Shown here: positions 8,865 through 19,001 of the stretch, in pieces
How the letters are laid out: every line of letters starts with the position of its first letter
How positions within the stretch are numbered: the stretch's first letter is position 1
Virus record (IMG/VR): IMGVR_UViG_3300044655_000346
Coordinates: 1 to 56,997 of that record
DNA: 56,997 nt
Reading direction: 5' to 3' (one strand)
Origin: a virus
Lineage: Duplodnaviria > Caudoviricetes
Translations under genes and position numbers: made by a program
The notes under the pieces: model-generated
Told to the model about the DNA's origin: nothing
Seen by the model: the letters and a program-made list of their open reading frames with translations, nothing else
Database searches by the model: none

Positions 8865-9916
8865 TGGGTAAAAAAATTACGCAAGCAGCTAATTGGGTTA
8901 ACAAAGAAGTTGTTCAACCAGTCGGTAATTTTGTTGGTGAAACAGTAGAGGCTATTGTTAATGACCCCCTACCATTTATTGCAACCGTTGCCCTGACATC
9001 AGTAGGTGTTCCTCCTGCTCTTGCATCTGCTGCCGTTACCGCAGCTAGAGGTGGAAGTATGGAAGATATTGTTGTTGCGGGAGTAGCAACCTATGCTGGA
9101 GGTGAAGTTGGTAAAGCGGCTGGTGCTAGTGCTACAAGTGCGGGAGCATCTGCTACGACTGCAAAAATTGCCGCTTCTGCTGCTGGCGCATCTACCGCTG
9201 TTGTTGTTGCTGGAACTGCTTCTGGTAAATCATTAGAAGAGTCTTTAAAAGACGGGTTGACTGCTGGTGCGTTGGCTGGTGCAACTACTGGCGTAATTGA
9301 ATATGGAAAAGAAGCTCTTACACCTCCTGAAACAGGTCAGGGTATCAAAGCTGTACCAGGCAAAGGCACTGAGCTTTTTGGTGACCAAACCAAAGTCAGT
9401 GGTACTGGATTAACCGAAAAAGTACCTACAGGTGGTGGACAAGGATTGACTGTTGATACTAGTGCCATTCTTCCAACTTCTTTGAAAAAATACGACACGG
9501 ATAAAAGTAGAGTCAGAGGAACAGAGGAGGGTGGTTTACAACCAGCTTACACCTCTGCGGCTGATACGTTAACTCCGCCATCTTTTGATAAGTCACTTGC
9601 ACCTGATGTTGGGTACAAAGAGCCAAGAACAGTCACAGAAGTTCCTGAACCACCTATTTCAAGGACAACAGAACAACTTGCAAGACCAATTGTTTCTGGT
9701 GCGTTGTCAGAGTTGTTTGGGCTTGGCCCTAAAGTTCCAGGCGCACCGTCTGCTGGTGACTCTTCTGTGGTTGCTCAAACTGCCACAACAGGCACTACCG
9801 TAGGCTTGACAGGAGCGGGTGGAGCGGGTGAAATTGAAAGTAAAGAGTCTGGCAAGAAACGTTCAAGCGTGTGGAATGAAGAGTCTTTACGACTCAAAGA
9901 TGCACTAGGAGTGTGA
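8861..9916 (+). CDS. Putative internal virion/ejection protein
   Basis: 351 aa, Ala/Gly-rich hydrophobic N-terminal half, after the tail genes. Confidence 0.6.
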   Translation: MMGKKITQAANWVNKEVVQPVGNFVGETVEAIVNDPLPFIATVALTSVGVPPALASAAVTAARGGSMEDIVVAGVATYAGGEVGKAAGASATSAGASATTAKIAASAAGASTAVVVAGTASGKSLEESLKDGLTAGALAGATTGVIEYGKEALTPPETGQGIKAVPGKGTELFGDQTKVSGTGLTEKVPTGGGQGLTVDTSAILPTSLKKYDTDKSRVRGTEEGGLQPAYTSAADTLTPPSFDKSLAPDVGYKEPRTVTEVPEPPISRTTEQLARPIVSGALSELFGLGPKVPGAPSAGDSSVVAQTATTGTTVGLTGAGGAGEIESKESGKKRSSVWNEESLRLKDALGV

Positions 9917-9917
9917 T

Positions 9918-11057
9918 ATGGCAACATTAAAAAAGATGACCCGTGTAGGTGCAGATGTGCGCCAGATTGCTCGTTTGCTACAAGCAAAAGCACCTGAAAA
10001 CCACATGCTTGCTTACATCACCCCTGAAGAAGCAGAGTTGCTCAAATCCAGAGGTGGTAGCGGTATGCCTGACCCACAGACAGGTATTCCTACCTACTAT
10101 GTTCCTGACCCTGAATATGTTGACCCATATGCTCTTATACATATGCAGTATCCTCAACAAGAAAGTGGATTCGACCCTAGCGCAAGTACAGTTCCTGTGT
10201 CTCAAAGTGATATTGCTTCTTATACTGGTTATACTTTGCGACCCACAAATTCGGGAACAGGCACTGTTGCAAGTGATTCTTTGGGCGGGGAAAGTCAACA
10301 ACAAACTGCATCTTCATATTACACAGGTGGTTCACCTAGTGCGTATGGACAGCCTGGTGCTTTTTCTACTCTTGACCAAGTAAATCAACAAGAAACTGCC
10401 CCTTCATATTACATGGGTGGAACACCTTCAGCATACGCTAGAGCCGAATATCCAGCAGACTTAGGTTTACCACCTGTTGATATTAGAGATGTCGCCGCTC
10501 CACCTATTGACACCACTCCAAGCAAAACTATTGGAGAAAGATATTCTGACCTAGCAAGGAGCTTGGGTGTTAAAGAAGACACCTTGTCTCGTATAGGTTT
10601 GGCTGGTTTGCAAGTTGGTTTAGGTGCTAGACAAGCTAGATTAGCAAGAGAAGAGGCTAGAAAAGCAAAAGAAGAACAACAAAGACTTGCCTCACCATAC
10701 CAAGCAAAAGGTGCAGAATTACAGCGTCAAGCACAGGCTGGAGAGCTTACCCCTGCGGGAAGGCAACAATTGCAGACAGTGCAAGCACAGGCAGCACAAG
10801 CGGCTTCTTCCCGTGGCGGTGTAGGCGCACAGCAAACTGCGGCAAGAGTAGAAGCTATCCGAGGCCAGTTACTGCAACAACAGTATGACTACGGATTGAA
10901 GCTGTCAGGTATTGGTGACCAAATACTCTTGGGTTCTATCAGAACAGGATTGGAAGCTGACAGGTATGTCAATCAGTTATCTAACACTTACTTTACAAAC
11001 GTTGCAAGAACACTTGCAGGTTCACCCACAGTTATCCAATATGGAGTGCCAGCATAA
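9918..11057 (+). CDS. Putative internal virion/ejection protein
   Basis: LAYITPEEAELLKSRGGSG..PQTG motif, Gln-rich helical C-terminus. Confidence 0.65.
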   Translation: MATLKKMTRVGADVRQIARLLQAKAPENHMLAYITPEEAELLKSRGGSGMPDPQTGIPTYYVPDPEYVDPYALIHMQYPQQESGFDPSASTVPVSQSDIASYTGYTLRPTNSGTGTVASDSLGGESQQQTASSYYTGGSPSAYGQPGAFSTLDQVNQQETAPSYYMGGTPSAYARAEYPADLGLPPVDIRDVAAPPIDTTPSKTIGERYSDLARSLGVKEDTLSRIGLAGLQVGLGARQARLAREEARKAKEEQQRLASPYQAKGAELQRQAQAGELTPAGRQQLQTVQAQAAQAASSRGGVGAQQTAARVEAIRGQLLQQQYDYGLKLSGIGDQILLGSIRTGLEADRYVNQLSNTYFTNVARTLAGSPTVIQYGVPA

Positions 11058-12511
11058 TGGTTGATTCTGCACTTAAAGACATAACAAAACTTTCGGTCAT
11101 GCCAGCCTTGCCAAAAACAAGAGCGGTAATGCAACCGAAACCAACACCGTCTGGAATGATTGGTGCGTCTGAACTTGGCCCTGCATTAAGTGAATTAAGT
11201 GAGGCTGAAAGGCAATCATCAATGAGAGTTGGTGAAGCTGACATTGCTATAGAAGAAGCAAAAAGACAGGAAAAAGGACAAGAAGCAGAACTAAGACAAG
11301 AGCTAGTTGGTCGTATGGCAACAGAAGCAAGAAATTTGCCAGAACGTCAAGCATTGACTGCTGCAAGGACTGAGTTTGGCAATATGGCTTTTGTGCCTAC
11401 AAAAGAGACTACGCAAGACTTGGCGGGAATCTTCTCTCTTATGAGCATTGTTGGTATGGTTGTTGGCAAAGGTAATGCACAGCTTGCCATGTCTTCTATG
11501 AATGGCATGTTGGAAGGCTACCAAAAAGGCAGAGCAGACCTTTACAAAAAAGAACTTACACAGTTTGATAAGAACTTCAAAGCCATGCAAAGCAAGGTAC
11601 TGACTCTTGAAAAAGAGCTTTCCGAAGCGATGGAGTTGAAAAAACTTGACAGGGAAAAAGGTGACCTAGGAATTACTATGGCTTTGGCAAAAGGAGAGTC
11701 TCCATTGCTTGGTGCTATGCGTAACAAGTTAGGTGATGTTGCTGTTTTGAATGCCGTTAAGGATACTAAAAACACGTTAAATACTCTTGTTACCCTGAAC
11801 AATGACTTACGAGCAAAAGCTGATGCTAGAGCAGATGCCGCAGAACGTGAAAGACGAGCAGATGAGAGAGCAAGGCTTGCTAGACAACAAGCATTAGATT
11901 TAGCAAATGCAAAAGCCAAAGAAGGTGGTTTCTTAAAACCTGGCGCAAAAGTAACAGAAGGTTATGTTGCAGATGTAATCTTGAAAAATGATTTACAAGG
12001 CTTGGTACAAGATTTAAAAAATCCAAAGCTCATACAGCAGTTGAAACAATACCGAGTTGAAGCCTTCTTGACTGAAGAAGGTAAAGTATTGAATCAGCTT
12101 CTGGCTTCAGAAATACCTCCTGATTTGCTACAGTTTTTGACAAAAGTCAGAGACATTCGTAACAACTACTATCTGAACATATCTGGTAAAGCTGTGACAG
12201 GTGGAGAGGCTTTGCGTAGTTATGGTGCTGTTCCACAGCCAGGTGATGATGCACAGGGTATGCTTAATAAGGTTGGCGGTATGGCTAGTAGGATTGAAAA
12301 CTCTATTAACCTCAAACGTCAGTTGTATGGTTACCCTGAATTAAATTTACAAGGAGGCACAAAAACAAACTTGGCTCCTGGTGAAGACTACACAAGAGAT
12401 GATTCACAAACTCAACGTAGGAGTTTTGCATCTACCGCAGAAGCAGAAGCAGCCAATCTTCCAAAAGGAACAAGAATCACCATTAACGGCAGAAATGCTA
12501 CTGTGGAGTAA
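11057..12511 (+). CDS. Putative internal virion/ejection protein
   Basis: 484 aa coiled-coil-rich, TAATG-coupled. Confidence 0.6.
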   Translation: MVDSALKDITKLSVMPALPKTRAVMQPKPTPSGMIGASELGPALSELSEAERQSSMRVGEADIAIEEAKRQEKGQEAELRQELVGRMATEARNLPERQALTAARTEFGNMAFVPTKETTQDLAGIFSLMSIVGMVVGKGNAQLAMSSMNGMLEGYQKGRADLYKKELTQFDKNFKAMQSKVLTLEKELSEAMELKKLDREKGDLGITMALAKGESPLLGAMRNKLGDVAVLNAVKDTKNTLNTLVTLNNDLRAKADARADAAERERRADERARLARQQALDLANAKAKEGGFLKPGAKVTEGYVADVILKNDLQGLVQDLKNPKLIQQLKQYRVEAFLTEEGKVLNQLLASEIPPDLLQFLTKVRDIRNNYYLNISGKAVTGGEALRSYGAVPQPGDDAQGMLNKVGGMASRIENSINLKRQLYGYPELNLQGGTKTNLAPGEDYTRDDSQTQRRSFASTAEAEAANLPKGTRITINGRNATVE

Positions 12512-12513
12512 TC

Positions 12514-15093
12514 ATGGCAATTAAATTTGAAGATGAGGCTCCCAAAACAACTATTAAATTTGAAGACGATGTTTCTGCCCAGCCTCTTTCTGACAAAAAA
12601 GAACCAGGTCTTTTAGAAAAGGGAACAGAAGTAGGCCGTCAAGGTTTGATAGGTGGTATCACTGGGGCGGTGTTTCCTGAGATAGCAGAAACAACAGGCA
12701 AGGTTATACGTAAGGGTGAGTTTTTGCCTGGCCCTGTTGGAAGAGTGGCTAAATATGTAGGCACAGGTTTAGAGTTGGCTGGTACAGCAATGAAGTCATC
12801 ACGCCCTGCGGCAATGGCAACAGGTGTTGTGGGTGGCGTAACTGGAGAAACTGGCGGTCAGATTTATGAATCTCAGTATGGCCCTGGTCTTGGTGCTGAA
12901 TTAACTCGTTTGGTAACCAGCACAATCGCTCCTGTTCCTGTTCAGTATTTAGGCACAAGAGCAGGTGGATTGGTTTCTGCTTTAGGTACAAAGATGGGCA
13001 TACCTGGCTTTTCTACAGGTAGAACTGTAGGACAGTTGTTGCAAGAGCAAGGTATTGCTGCACCTAATCTTTCAGGAGAACAACGTGCGTTCATCCAAAG
13101 AAAATTAGATGATATTCGTGGTGGTCAAAGCAGCATAGAAGCAGAAAAAGAAATTATTGAGATGCTCAAGAAGGATGTTGCCCGTTTGCGTAGTACAGCA
13201 GCAACAGATGCTAACGCAATAGAGTCGCAAGCCGCAGCACAATCAAAAAGAATATTGGACGATGCAACAAACCGTGCAAATGAAATCAGAGCTAGAGCAA
13301 GGTCAGAAAGCCCTGCTATAAGACAACTTGCAGAGACAGATGCAAAAGATATTCTCAGTAAAGCTCAAGTTCAAGTTCAACAACTTGAAAAACAAACTCG
13401 CACTCAGATTGCAAACTTGAGACAACAGTCGGGTAAGTTGAGCCAAAGAAGTGAGCAAAACATTGGCAAGGCTCAAGCTGAATTACAGACTGTTGGAAAA
13501 GATAAGCCATTAACAGATGTATTTACGCCTGTGCAAGAAACCACCTTGGCAAGACAAAAAGCCATCATTGATGAAAGAGATGTGCTTGATAAGACTCTGC
13601 GTCAAGAACAAGCAAGGATTGTTGCGGCAAATGAAGCTAATGGCGTAAAGCTGTCTGACATGGATTCGTACAAGCAGATAGAGACTCTTACACGACCTTT
13701 TGACCCAGCCACATCACCAACAGTGCGTAAGGTTACAGACCCTGGTGTGCTTGCCTTTTACAAGCGTATTCGTGACTCTGTGATTGACCAACGATATGAG
13801 TTGAATGAAGAGCAAGCAAAGGCAGCATCAAACCTTGGTTTTTCTGTGCAACAAGAGGGAGGCAAGTTTTATAGAGTTTTTAACTCATCTTTTGAAGCGG
13901 CTGATGATGCCCGTAGGTTTGCTGGCACAGTGTTCAAGAACCCGCCTGAAGGCTATGAAGCAGTCAGAGGACAAGTTCAGCAAAATGCTTATGCCTTGCT
14001 GAAGAAGTTGCAAGAGGATTATGTTGGTCAAGTACAGCGCAAAGCCTTGCAAGACAACTGGGCACAAGCTACAAAGCGTTTAGAACTGTTTGAGACAAAG
14101 GCAGGTAAATCCCTGACTGAGATAGAGCAAGGCACAGCAGATGTGTTAAAGCCACCCGCTGAACTGGCAAATGTATTTTTTGGTAACAGGACAGGGGTTG
14201 ACAGGCTAATCACCCAAACAGGAGATGAGCGTTTGGTAAGACAAACTGCTGGTGACTATGTTGCAAGTCAGCTTAGAGGAATGAACGCTCAACAGGCAAG
14301 CTCTTGGTTAAACCAAGCAAAGAATAGAGACTTCTTGTCTCATCCATCTTTGTCTGACTTGCAAGCAAAAGCTCAAGCATATGTTGCCAACCTTGCTAGG
14401 GCTGAAGGATTTGGTGCGGCAAGAGGAAAACTTGCTACAGCTTTGCGTACAGAAGCGCAGGGTTTGCCAGAGATTCTTACAAAACAAACTCCAAAAATTA
14501 CTTCTGAAGCTGAGAAACAAGCGGCAAAAGTCAAACTCAAAGCTCAACAAGATGAAGAAAAGGCATTGAAATTACAAGATAAAGCGGCTTCTGATGTTGA
14601 GTCTGCTGCAAAAAAAGAAGTAAGCGCACTTGCAAAACAGGCTGGAACAGAAGCATCAGCAGTTAGGCAAGCCGCAGAAGATAAAGCAAAAATTATCCTT
14701 GCTGGCACAACAGACTCAAAGCGTGTGCGAGACATTATTCTTGGCAAAAACCGTGCTGAGTTTGAAGAGATGTCCCGTATTGTTTTGGCAGAGACTGGTG
14801 GCAAAGAAAAATTTGCTAAAGCTGTCGGTCAAGTTATTGCTGACAAAGCAGGGAGTAGCTTAAAGGGAGCAATTAACGATTGGAAATACATCAGTGATGA
14901 CTTGGTGTCATATGGCTTGATGACCAAATCTCAGACAGATGCTATCGCCTCAAAGTTGAATGAAATCTATGTAGCCCCTGCTTCATTGGCAGACAAGATG
15001 TCAATCACACAAAGACTGATAAACAATGCAATCTTGGGATATGCAATTCCAAGACCTGTGGGTGCAATCGTTGAAACCGTAACTGGAGAATGA
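12514..15093 (+). CDS. Large internal virion/ejection protein
   Basis: 859 aa, IKFEDE repeats, Gly-rich segment, long helices. Confidence 0.65.
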   Translation: MAIKFEDEAPKTTIKFEDDVSAQPLSDKKEPGLLEKGTEVGRQGLIGGITGAVFPEIAETTGKVIRKGEFLPGPVGRVAKYVGTGLELAGTAMKSSRPAAMATGVVGGVTGETGGQIYESQYGPGLGAELTRLVTSTIAPVPVQYLGTRAGGLVSALGTKMGIPGFSTGRTVGQLLQEQGIAAPNLSGEQRAFIQRKLDDIRGGQSSIEAEKEIIEMLKKDVARLRSTAATDANAIESQAAAQSKRILDDATNRANEIRARARSESPAIRQLAETDAKDILSKAQVQVQQLEKQTRTQIANLRQQSGKLSQRSEQNIGKAQAELQTVGKDKPLTDVFTPVQETTLARQKAIIDERDVLDKTLRQEQARIVAANEANGVKLSDMDSYKQIETLTRPFDPATSPTVRKVTDPGVLAFYKRIRDSVIDQRYELNEEQAKAASNLGFSVQQEGGKFYRVFNSSFEAADDARRFAGTVFKNPPEGYEAVRGQVQQNAYALLKKLQEDYVGQVQRKALQDNWAQATKRLELFETKAGKSLTEIEQGTADVLKPPAELANVFFGNRTGVDRLITQTGDERLVRQTAGDYVASQLRGMNAQQASSWLNQAKNRDFLSHPSLSDLQAKAQAYVANLARAEGFGAARGKLATALRTEAQGLPEILTKQTPKITSEAEKQAAKVKLKAQQDEEKALKLQDKAASDVESAAKKEVSALAKQAGTEASAVRQAAEDKAKIILAGTTDSKRVRDIILGKNRAEFEEMSRIVLAETGGKEKFAKAVGQVIADKAGSSLKGAINDWKYISDDLVSYGLMTKSQTDAIASKLNEIYVAPASLADKMSITQRLINNAILGYAIPRPVGAIVETVTGE

Positions 15094-15094
15094 G

Positions 15095-15235
15095 ATGCCA
15101 CTCAAACAAGGTAGTAGTCAGAAAACCATTTCTGCCAACATTCGCAGAGAAATGAAGGCGGGTAAACCGCAAAAGCAAGCAATTGCTATTGCACTCACAA
15201 CGGCACGAAAAGTCAAAAGAAAGGCAAGAAAATGA
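15095..15235 (+). CDS. Small basic protein (46 aa)
   Basis: Own translation: MPLKQGSSQKTISANIRREMKAGKPQKQAIAIALTTARKVKRKARK. RBS GGAG. Confidence 0.7.
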   Translation: MPLKQGSSQKTISANIRREMKAGKPQKQAIAIALTTARKVKRKARK

Positions 15236-15411
15236 TGAATAAAGAATACGGCAAGCAATCTATGGGTAAGGCCACACAAGCTGATATTGACCGCATGGCT
15301 CGACAAGGTGGTGAGAATGAGGTTCGTGCTTCTGAGGACTACAACCGTCAGATGATGAAGATGCAAGCCAAACCAATGACCCGCACTGCGCCTCGCAAGA
15401 TGAAGCGATGA
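15232..15411 (+). CDS. Small hypothetical protein (59 aa)
   Basis: Own translation, ATGA-coupled at both ends. Confidence 0.55.
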   Translation: MMNKEYGKQSMGKATQADIDRMARQGGENEVRASEDYNRQMMKMQAKPMTRTAPRKMKR

Positions 15412-15620
15412 GTAGGAAGAAGGCTGAAAAGGGTATCAACCCTGCGCTAGAGAAAGCTATCAACGAACTGCTTGCTCAAGTAATGGTTGACCCTACCGCT
15501 ACCCTGACAGACAAAGCAAAAATCATTGACCGTGCCCTGAAGCTAGAGGCTCTGAAAATGAAGGATGCTGATGAAGGGTATGGCGCAGGGTTATTTGGTG
15601 ACGATGACGAGGAGACATGA
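15408..15620 (+). CDS. Hypothetical protein
   Basis: 70 aa, helical with an acidic tail. Confidence 0.6.
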   Translation: MSRKKAEKGINPALEKAINELLAQVMVDPTATLTDKAKIIDRALKLEALKMKDADEGYGAGLFGDDDEET

Positions 15621-15655
15621 TAATATGGTTATTCCGTTATTAGAGAAGGAAAATC

Positions 15656-15877
15656 ATGGAGCCAACCGCAATCATTCGCCTAGCGTTAAAGGTCATCTCA
15701 GACCGCTTAATTACCATTCTTGCTCTGCTCACCTCTTTTGGTCTGGGCTGTTGGGTAATGTGGGAGCCAAAGTGGGAGAGAGTGACAACTCTTGCAATTT
15801 ATGTAATATTCAGCTATCTGCTGGTGAGGATAAAGGAGAAAAAACATGGACATGATTCCGAAGGTCAAGACAACTAA
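15656..15877 (+). CDS. Small two-TM membrane protein
   Basis: Two hydrophobic segments, RBS AAGGA. Confidence 0.6.
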   Translation: MEPTAIIRLALKVISDRLITILALLTSFGLGCWVMWEPKWERVTTLAIYVIFSYLLVRIKEKKHGHDSEGQDN

Positions 15878-16061
15878 GCTACAGGCTCAAGTAGGCACTG
15901 GTATCACACAGAACAAGCTGTGTATGCCTGGTGAATTTACTCCTGGCAAACTTCCCGCAGGTGGCTTCCAAGCTGTGTGGAACTTTAAAAACAACGAGCC
16001 TAACGATTACTTCACTCGTAAACAATCGCCTACCTCTGGTGGCGGTGGAAAGGTCTACTGA
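15846..16061 (+). CDS. Hypothetical protein
   Basis: RBS AAGGAG, 71 aa. Confidence 0.6.
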   Translation: MDMIPKVKTTKLQAQVGTGITQNKLCMPGEFTPGKLPAGGFQAVWNFKNNEPNDYFTRKQSPTSGGGGKVY

Positions 16062-16411
16062 TGGCTAACAATATACCTTTTCAAGTTCAAGGTAAGACAA
16101 CACGTATTAACGTAACTACTGCGGCTAATACGGTTTCTATCCTTGCTGACAGCCCTTGTAATCAACTCAGAATACACAACGGTACAGCCGCAGAAGTGTT
16201 TATCCGTGTGGGCACAGAAAGCACGGATGCTGCTGTCATTCCTGTTGCGGGTACTCCTGCATATGGAACAGTTTTGCACAACAATCAAACAATCATTATT
16301 ACTTCACCCAAGCAAGCTGCAAACACTGCCGCTAATTCTGTTTATGTCTCAGCCATCGCACCCACAGGCACAGCAATCGTGTATGTAACCCCTGGCGAAG
16401 GCATGGCATAG
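16061..16411 (+). CDS. Putative virion protein (beta-rich)
   Basis: 116 aa ending VYVTPGEGMA. Confidence 0.6.
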   Translation: MANNIPFQVQGKTTRINVTTAANTVSILADSPCNQLRIHNGTAAEVFIRVGTESTDAAVIPVAGTPAYGTVLHNNQTIIITSPKQAANTAANSVYVSAIAPTGTAIVYVTPGEGMA

Positions 16412-16420
16412 GGGTTGTAA

Positions 16421-16960
16421 ATTGACCCGTTCACCGCCGCCCTAGCTGCTATTGCTGCAATAAAGCAAGGGGTTGCCCTTTATAAGGACATAAAACAAAC
16501 TGGCGGTGAACTTCACAAGATAACCAAAGAAATCTCTGGTTATATAGGTCAGTTCTTTGAGGCCAATGAAGAGGTCAAAAAGGAGGCGGAAGAGCAAAAG
16601 CGTAACCCTCCTAAATCAAAATCTCTAAAGACGCAAGCACTTGAAAATGTCTTTAACCAGATAGAGTTAGAGCGTCAAGCTGTTGAGTTACGTGAGTTTC
16701 TCATCTATCATGTAGACCCTGCTCTCGGTGCGGTGTGGACAAGATTTGAAGAAGAGTATGCTCGGCTGCGGGAAGAAGAGGAAAGAGAGAGGGGAGAGCA
16801 AGAAGAGAAGGATAGGAGAGCGGCATGGCAACGAAGGCAAATGCTAAACAAACTCCAAGACAAAGCTCTGTTAATCGGAGCAGTCCTCCTAGTTACTATA
16901 TACCTCCACCTCCTCCTATGGTCAATAAGTCTGATGAAGAAGACAACACAAGACTATTGA
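16421..16960 (+). CDS. Lysis-region coiled-coil membrane protein with ATT start
   Basis: Frame open from ATT GAC CCG right after an in-frame TAA. SD-like AGGGG 6 nt upstream. C-terminal TM. Homolog at 45188. Confidence 0.65.
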   Translation: MDPFTAALAAIAAIKQGVALYKDIKQTGGELHKITKEISGYIGQFFEANEEVKKEAEEQKRNPPKSKSLKTQALENVFNQIELERQAVELREFLIYHVDPALGAVWTRFEEEYARLREEEERERGEQEEKDRRAAWQRRQMLNKLQDKALLIGAVLLVTIYLHLLLWSISLMKKTTQDY

Positions 16961-17103
16961 TTGTTTTGGTTTGCCTGATGCTTGTTCTTCCCTTGTTTTT
17001 GTATTTGCTTGCATCTATGTATTTTGATATGCTGTTGCTCAAAGAAGAAATAAAACAACAGCAAGCAATCATCCGCAGGTTATTGATTAAGGATGCCAAA
17101 TGA
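16825..17103 (+). CDS. Small membrane protein (start 16825 or 16918)
   Basis: Single TM plus coiled coil, homolog at 45763-46050. Confidence 0.55.
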   Translation: MATKANAKQTPRQSSVNRSSPPSYYIPPPPPMVNKSDEEDNTRLLIVLVCLMLVLPLFLYLLASMYFDMLLLKEEIKQQQAIIRRLLIKDAK

Positions 17104-17612
17104 TTCCTATTGTTGCCTCTTTGCTAGGTAGCCTTGCCCAAAATGGACTAGGGTTGCTGTCTTCTGCTATTCAAGCAAAAGGCAAAGACGTTGTAGAAAA
17201 AACACTTGGCGTAAAGATTCCTGACAACCCTACACCAGAAGATGTCGCTAAGTTGCGAGAGCTTCAATATGACCATGAAGAACGCCTGTTAGAGCTTGGC
17301 ATAGAGAAAGCCAAGATGGAACTGGCTGAGTTGGATATGTTGGCAAAAGCCGCTCAAAGTGACGCAGATAACGTGACAGACCGTTGGCAAGCAGATATGT
17401 CATCTGACTCTTGGCTGTCCAAGAACATTCGCCCCATGTCTCTTATTGCCATATTTTCTGGGTATTTCCTGTTTGCCATGATGTCTGCCTTTGGTTATAA
17501 CGCCAACGAGTCTTATGTATCCTTGCTCGGACAGTGGGGGATGCTGATAATGGGTGCTTACTTTGGTGGCAGAACCATTGAAAAACTAGCCGAAATGAAA
17601 GGCAGAAAATGA
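17100..17612 (+). CDS. Holin, GTA 3TM-holin-like
   Basis: DSWLSKNIRP and AYFGGRTIEK motifs, upstream of the endolysin. Confidence 0.75.
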   Translation: MIPIVASLLGSLAQNGLGLLSSAIQAKGKDVVEKTLGVKIPDNPTPEDVAKLRELQYDHEERLLELGIEKAKMELAELDMLAKAAQSDADNVTDRWQADMSSDSWLSKNIRPMSLIAIFSGYFLFAMMSAFGYNANESYVSLLGQWGMLIMGAYFGGRTIEKLAEMKGRK

Positions 17613-17833
17613 AAGCCAAGCTGACTTTCCTTGTGACCTTGATGGTTAGCTTTACTCTGTGCATTGTTGTCGTTGGTATGGTTGGCGTTCTAATGTCTGG
17701 ATTGTTTGACGAAAAAGTTGACAATGCAGAAATCTTCAAGCTCATATCACCAGCGTTCCAGACCATTGTTGGCGGCTTTATTGGCTTGCTGGCTGGCGTG
17801 AAGCTGTCTCATGGTGAAACGGAGGAAAAATGA
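17609..17833 (+). CDS. Two-TM membrane protein
   Basis: Hydrophobic, ISPAFQTIVGGFIGLLAG. Confidence 0.6.
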   Translation: MKAKLTFLVTLMVSFTLCIVVVGMVGVLMSGLFDEKVDNAEIFKLISPAFQTIVGGFIGLLAGVKLSHGETEEK

Positions 17834-18171
17834 GCCTCAACACAGAACAAGCCGCATTTTTGCTGGACATGTGTAAGTTGATTACCTACTCTACAGAACA
17901 AGGGTTTGTCGTTACAGGTGGGGAACTTGCCCGTACACCTGAACAACAGGCCATTTATTTCAAGACAGGTCGGTCTAAGACCATGAATTCCATCCACCTG
18001 AAGAGGTGCGCCATAGACTTGAACTTCTTCAAGAATGGAAAGATAATCTGGAGCAAGGAAATCATTGCGCCTTTGGGTGCATACTGGGAGTCCTTGCACC
18101 CTAAGAACAGGTGGGGAGGTAACTTCAAGTCGCTTGTTGACTGCCCCCATTTTGAGAGGAATGTAGGATGA
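17830..18171 (+). CDS. Endolysin, peptidase M15 family
   Basis: R..E.Q, S.H....A.D and RWGGNF...D.PHFE zinc motifs. Confidence 0.85.
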   Translation: MSLNTEQAAFLLDMCKLITYSTEQGFVVTGGELARTPEQQAIYFKTGRSKTMNSIHLKRCAIDLNFFKNGKIIWSKEIIAPLGAYWESLHPKNRWGGNFKSLVDCPHFERNVG

Positions 18172-18401
18172 AAAAGAAGTTCCCTAACTTATCTGTTGGC
18201 AGAGGAGAGAAGCTCTCTGTGAAGAAGGGTGCGGGACTGACAGCCAAGGGTAGGGCAAAGGCAAACAGAGCCACAGGTAGTAACCTCAAGGCTCCAACCA
18301 AAGATACATCTAATCCTCGCCATAAATCTTTCTGCGCTAGAAGCAGTGGATGGACTGGAGAGCGTGGCAAGGCAGCAAGAAAGAGATGGGGGTGCAGATA
18401 A
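18168..18401 (+). CDS. Small basic phage protein (DUF6321-like)
   Basis: GLTAKGRAK..NLKAP..R.KSFCARS. Confidence 0.65.
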   Translation: MKKKFPNLSVGRGEKLSVKKGAGLTAKGRAKANRATGSNLKAPTKDTSNPRHKSFCARSSGWTGERGKAARKRWGCR

Positions 18402-18547
18402 TGGCATACACACCAAAAGCCCAACGTGGCTTGTACTTCAACATTAACCAACGTAGAGCAGCAGGGTTGCCTCCCAAGCGTCCAGGCATGGCGGGTTACC
18501 CCACCAAAGAAGCGTTTATCAGGTCAAAGAGAACCGCTAAACGCTGA
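18401..18547 (+). CDS. Small basic protein
   Basis: MAYTPKAQRGLYFNINQRR..., TAATG-coupled, converges with the minus-strand operon. Confidence 0.6.
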   Translation: MAYTPKAQRGLYFNINQRRAAGLPPKRPGMAGYPTKEAFIRSKRTAKR

Positions 18548-19001
18548 CCTTCTCTAGCTCTGCTATCAGGTGAGGGCCGTGGTAACGCATGTTTAGAATG
18601 CGGAACTTTCCCTTAAACCCGTACATTTTTGCCCAAGTCTTCTCGTCATCAAAATACTCTGCAAAGGTCAGAGGCGTGATGATGTTGACATGGGTAGGGT
18701 CTTGGAATGCTGGCGCATGTGGAAACGCTGGTGTCGAGGACAAGAACTTACCGCCCACCTTCATCACCCTGTAAACCTCTGACATAAGCTCTACAAACGG
18801 GTATCTACGTTGTGGGACATACAACAGTCTGGGAATGTGTTCCAGAAAGTCATAGGCAGTTACAAAGTCAAAATGGTCATCAGGATGAGGGATAGGCTCA
18901 ATAGCCAGGTCAGCGTCCTGAATATCAAGTCCTATCACCTGATTGGCTTGGTAAGGGTTGCGGATGGTTTCACCGCACCCAAGGTCAAGAGAAATGGTCA
19001 C
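18537..19001 (-). CDS. Class I SAM-dependent methyltransferase
   Basis: LDLGCG, FDFV.A.D.LEH, E.YRV.K.GG and DPTH motifs. Confidence 0.85.
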   Translation of the reverse strand: MTISLDLGCGETIRNPYQANQVIGLDIQDADLAIEPIPHPDDHFDFVTAYDFLEHIPRLLYVPQRRYPFVELMSEVYRVMKVGGKFLSSTPAFPHAPAFQDPTHVNIITPLTFAEYFDDEKTWAKMYGFKGKFRILNMRYHGPHLIAELEKVSV

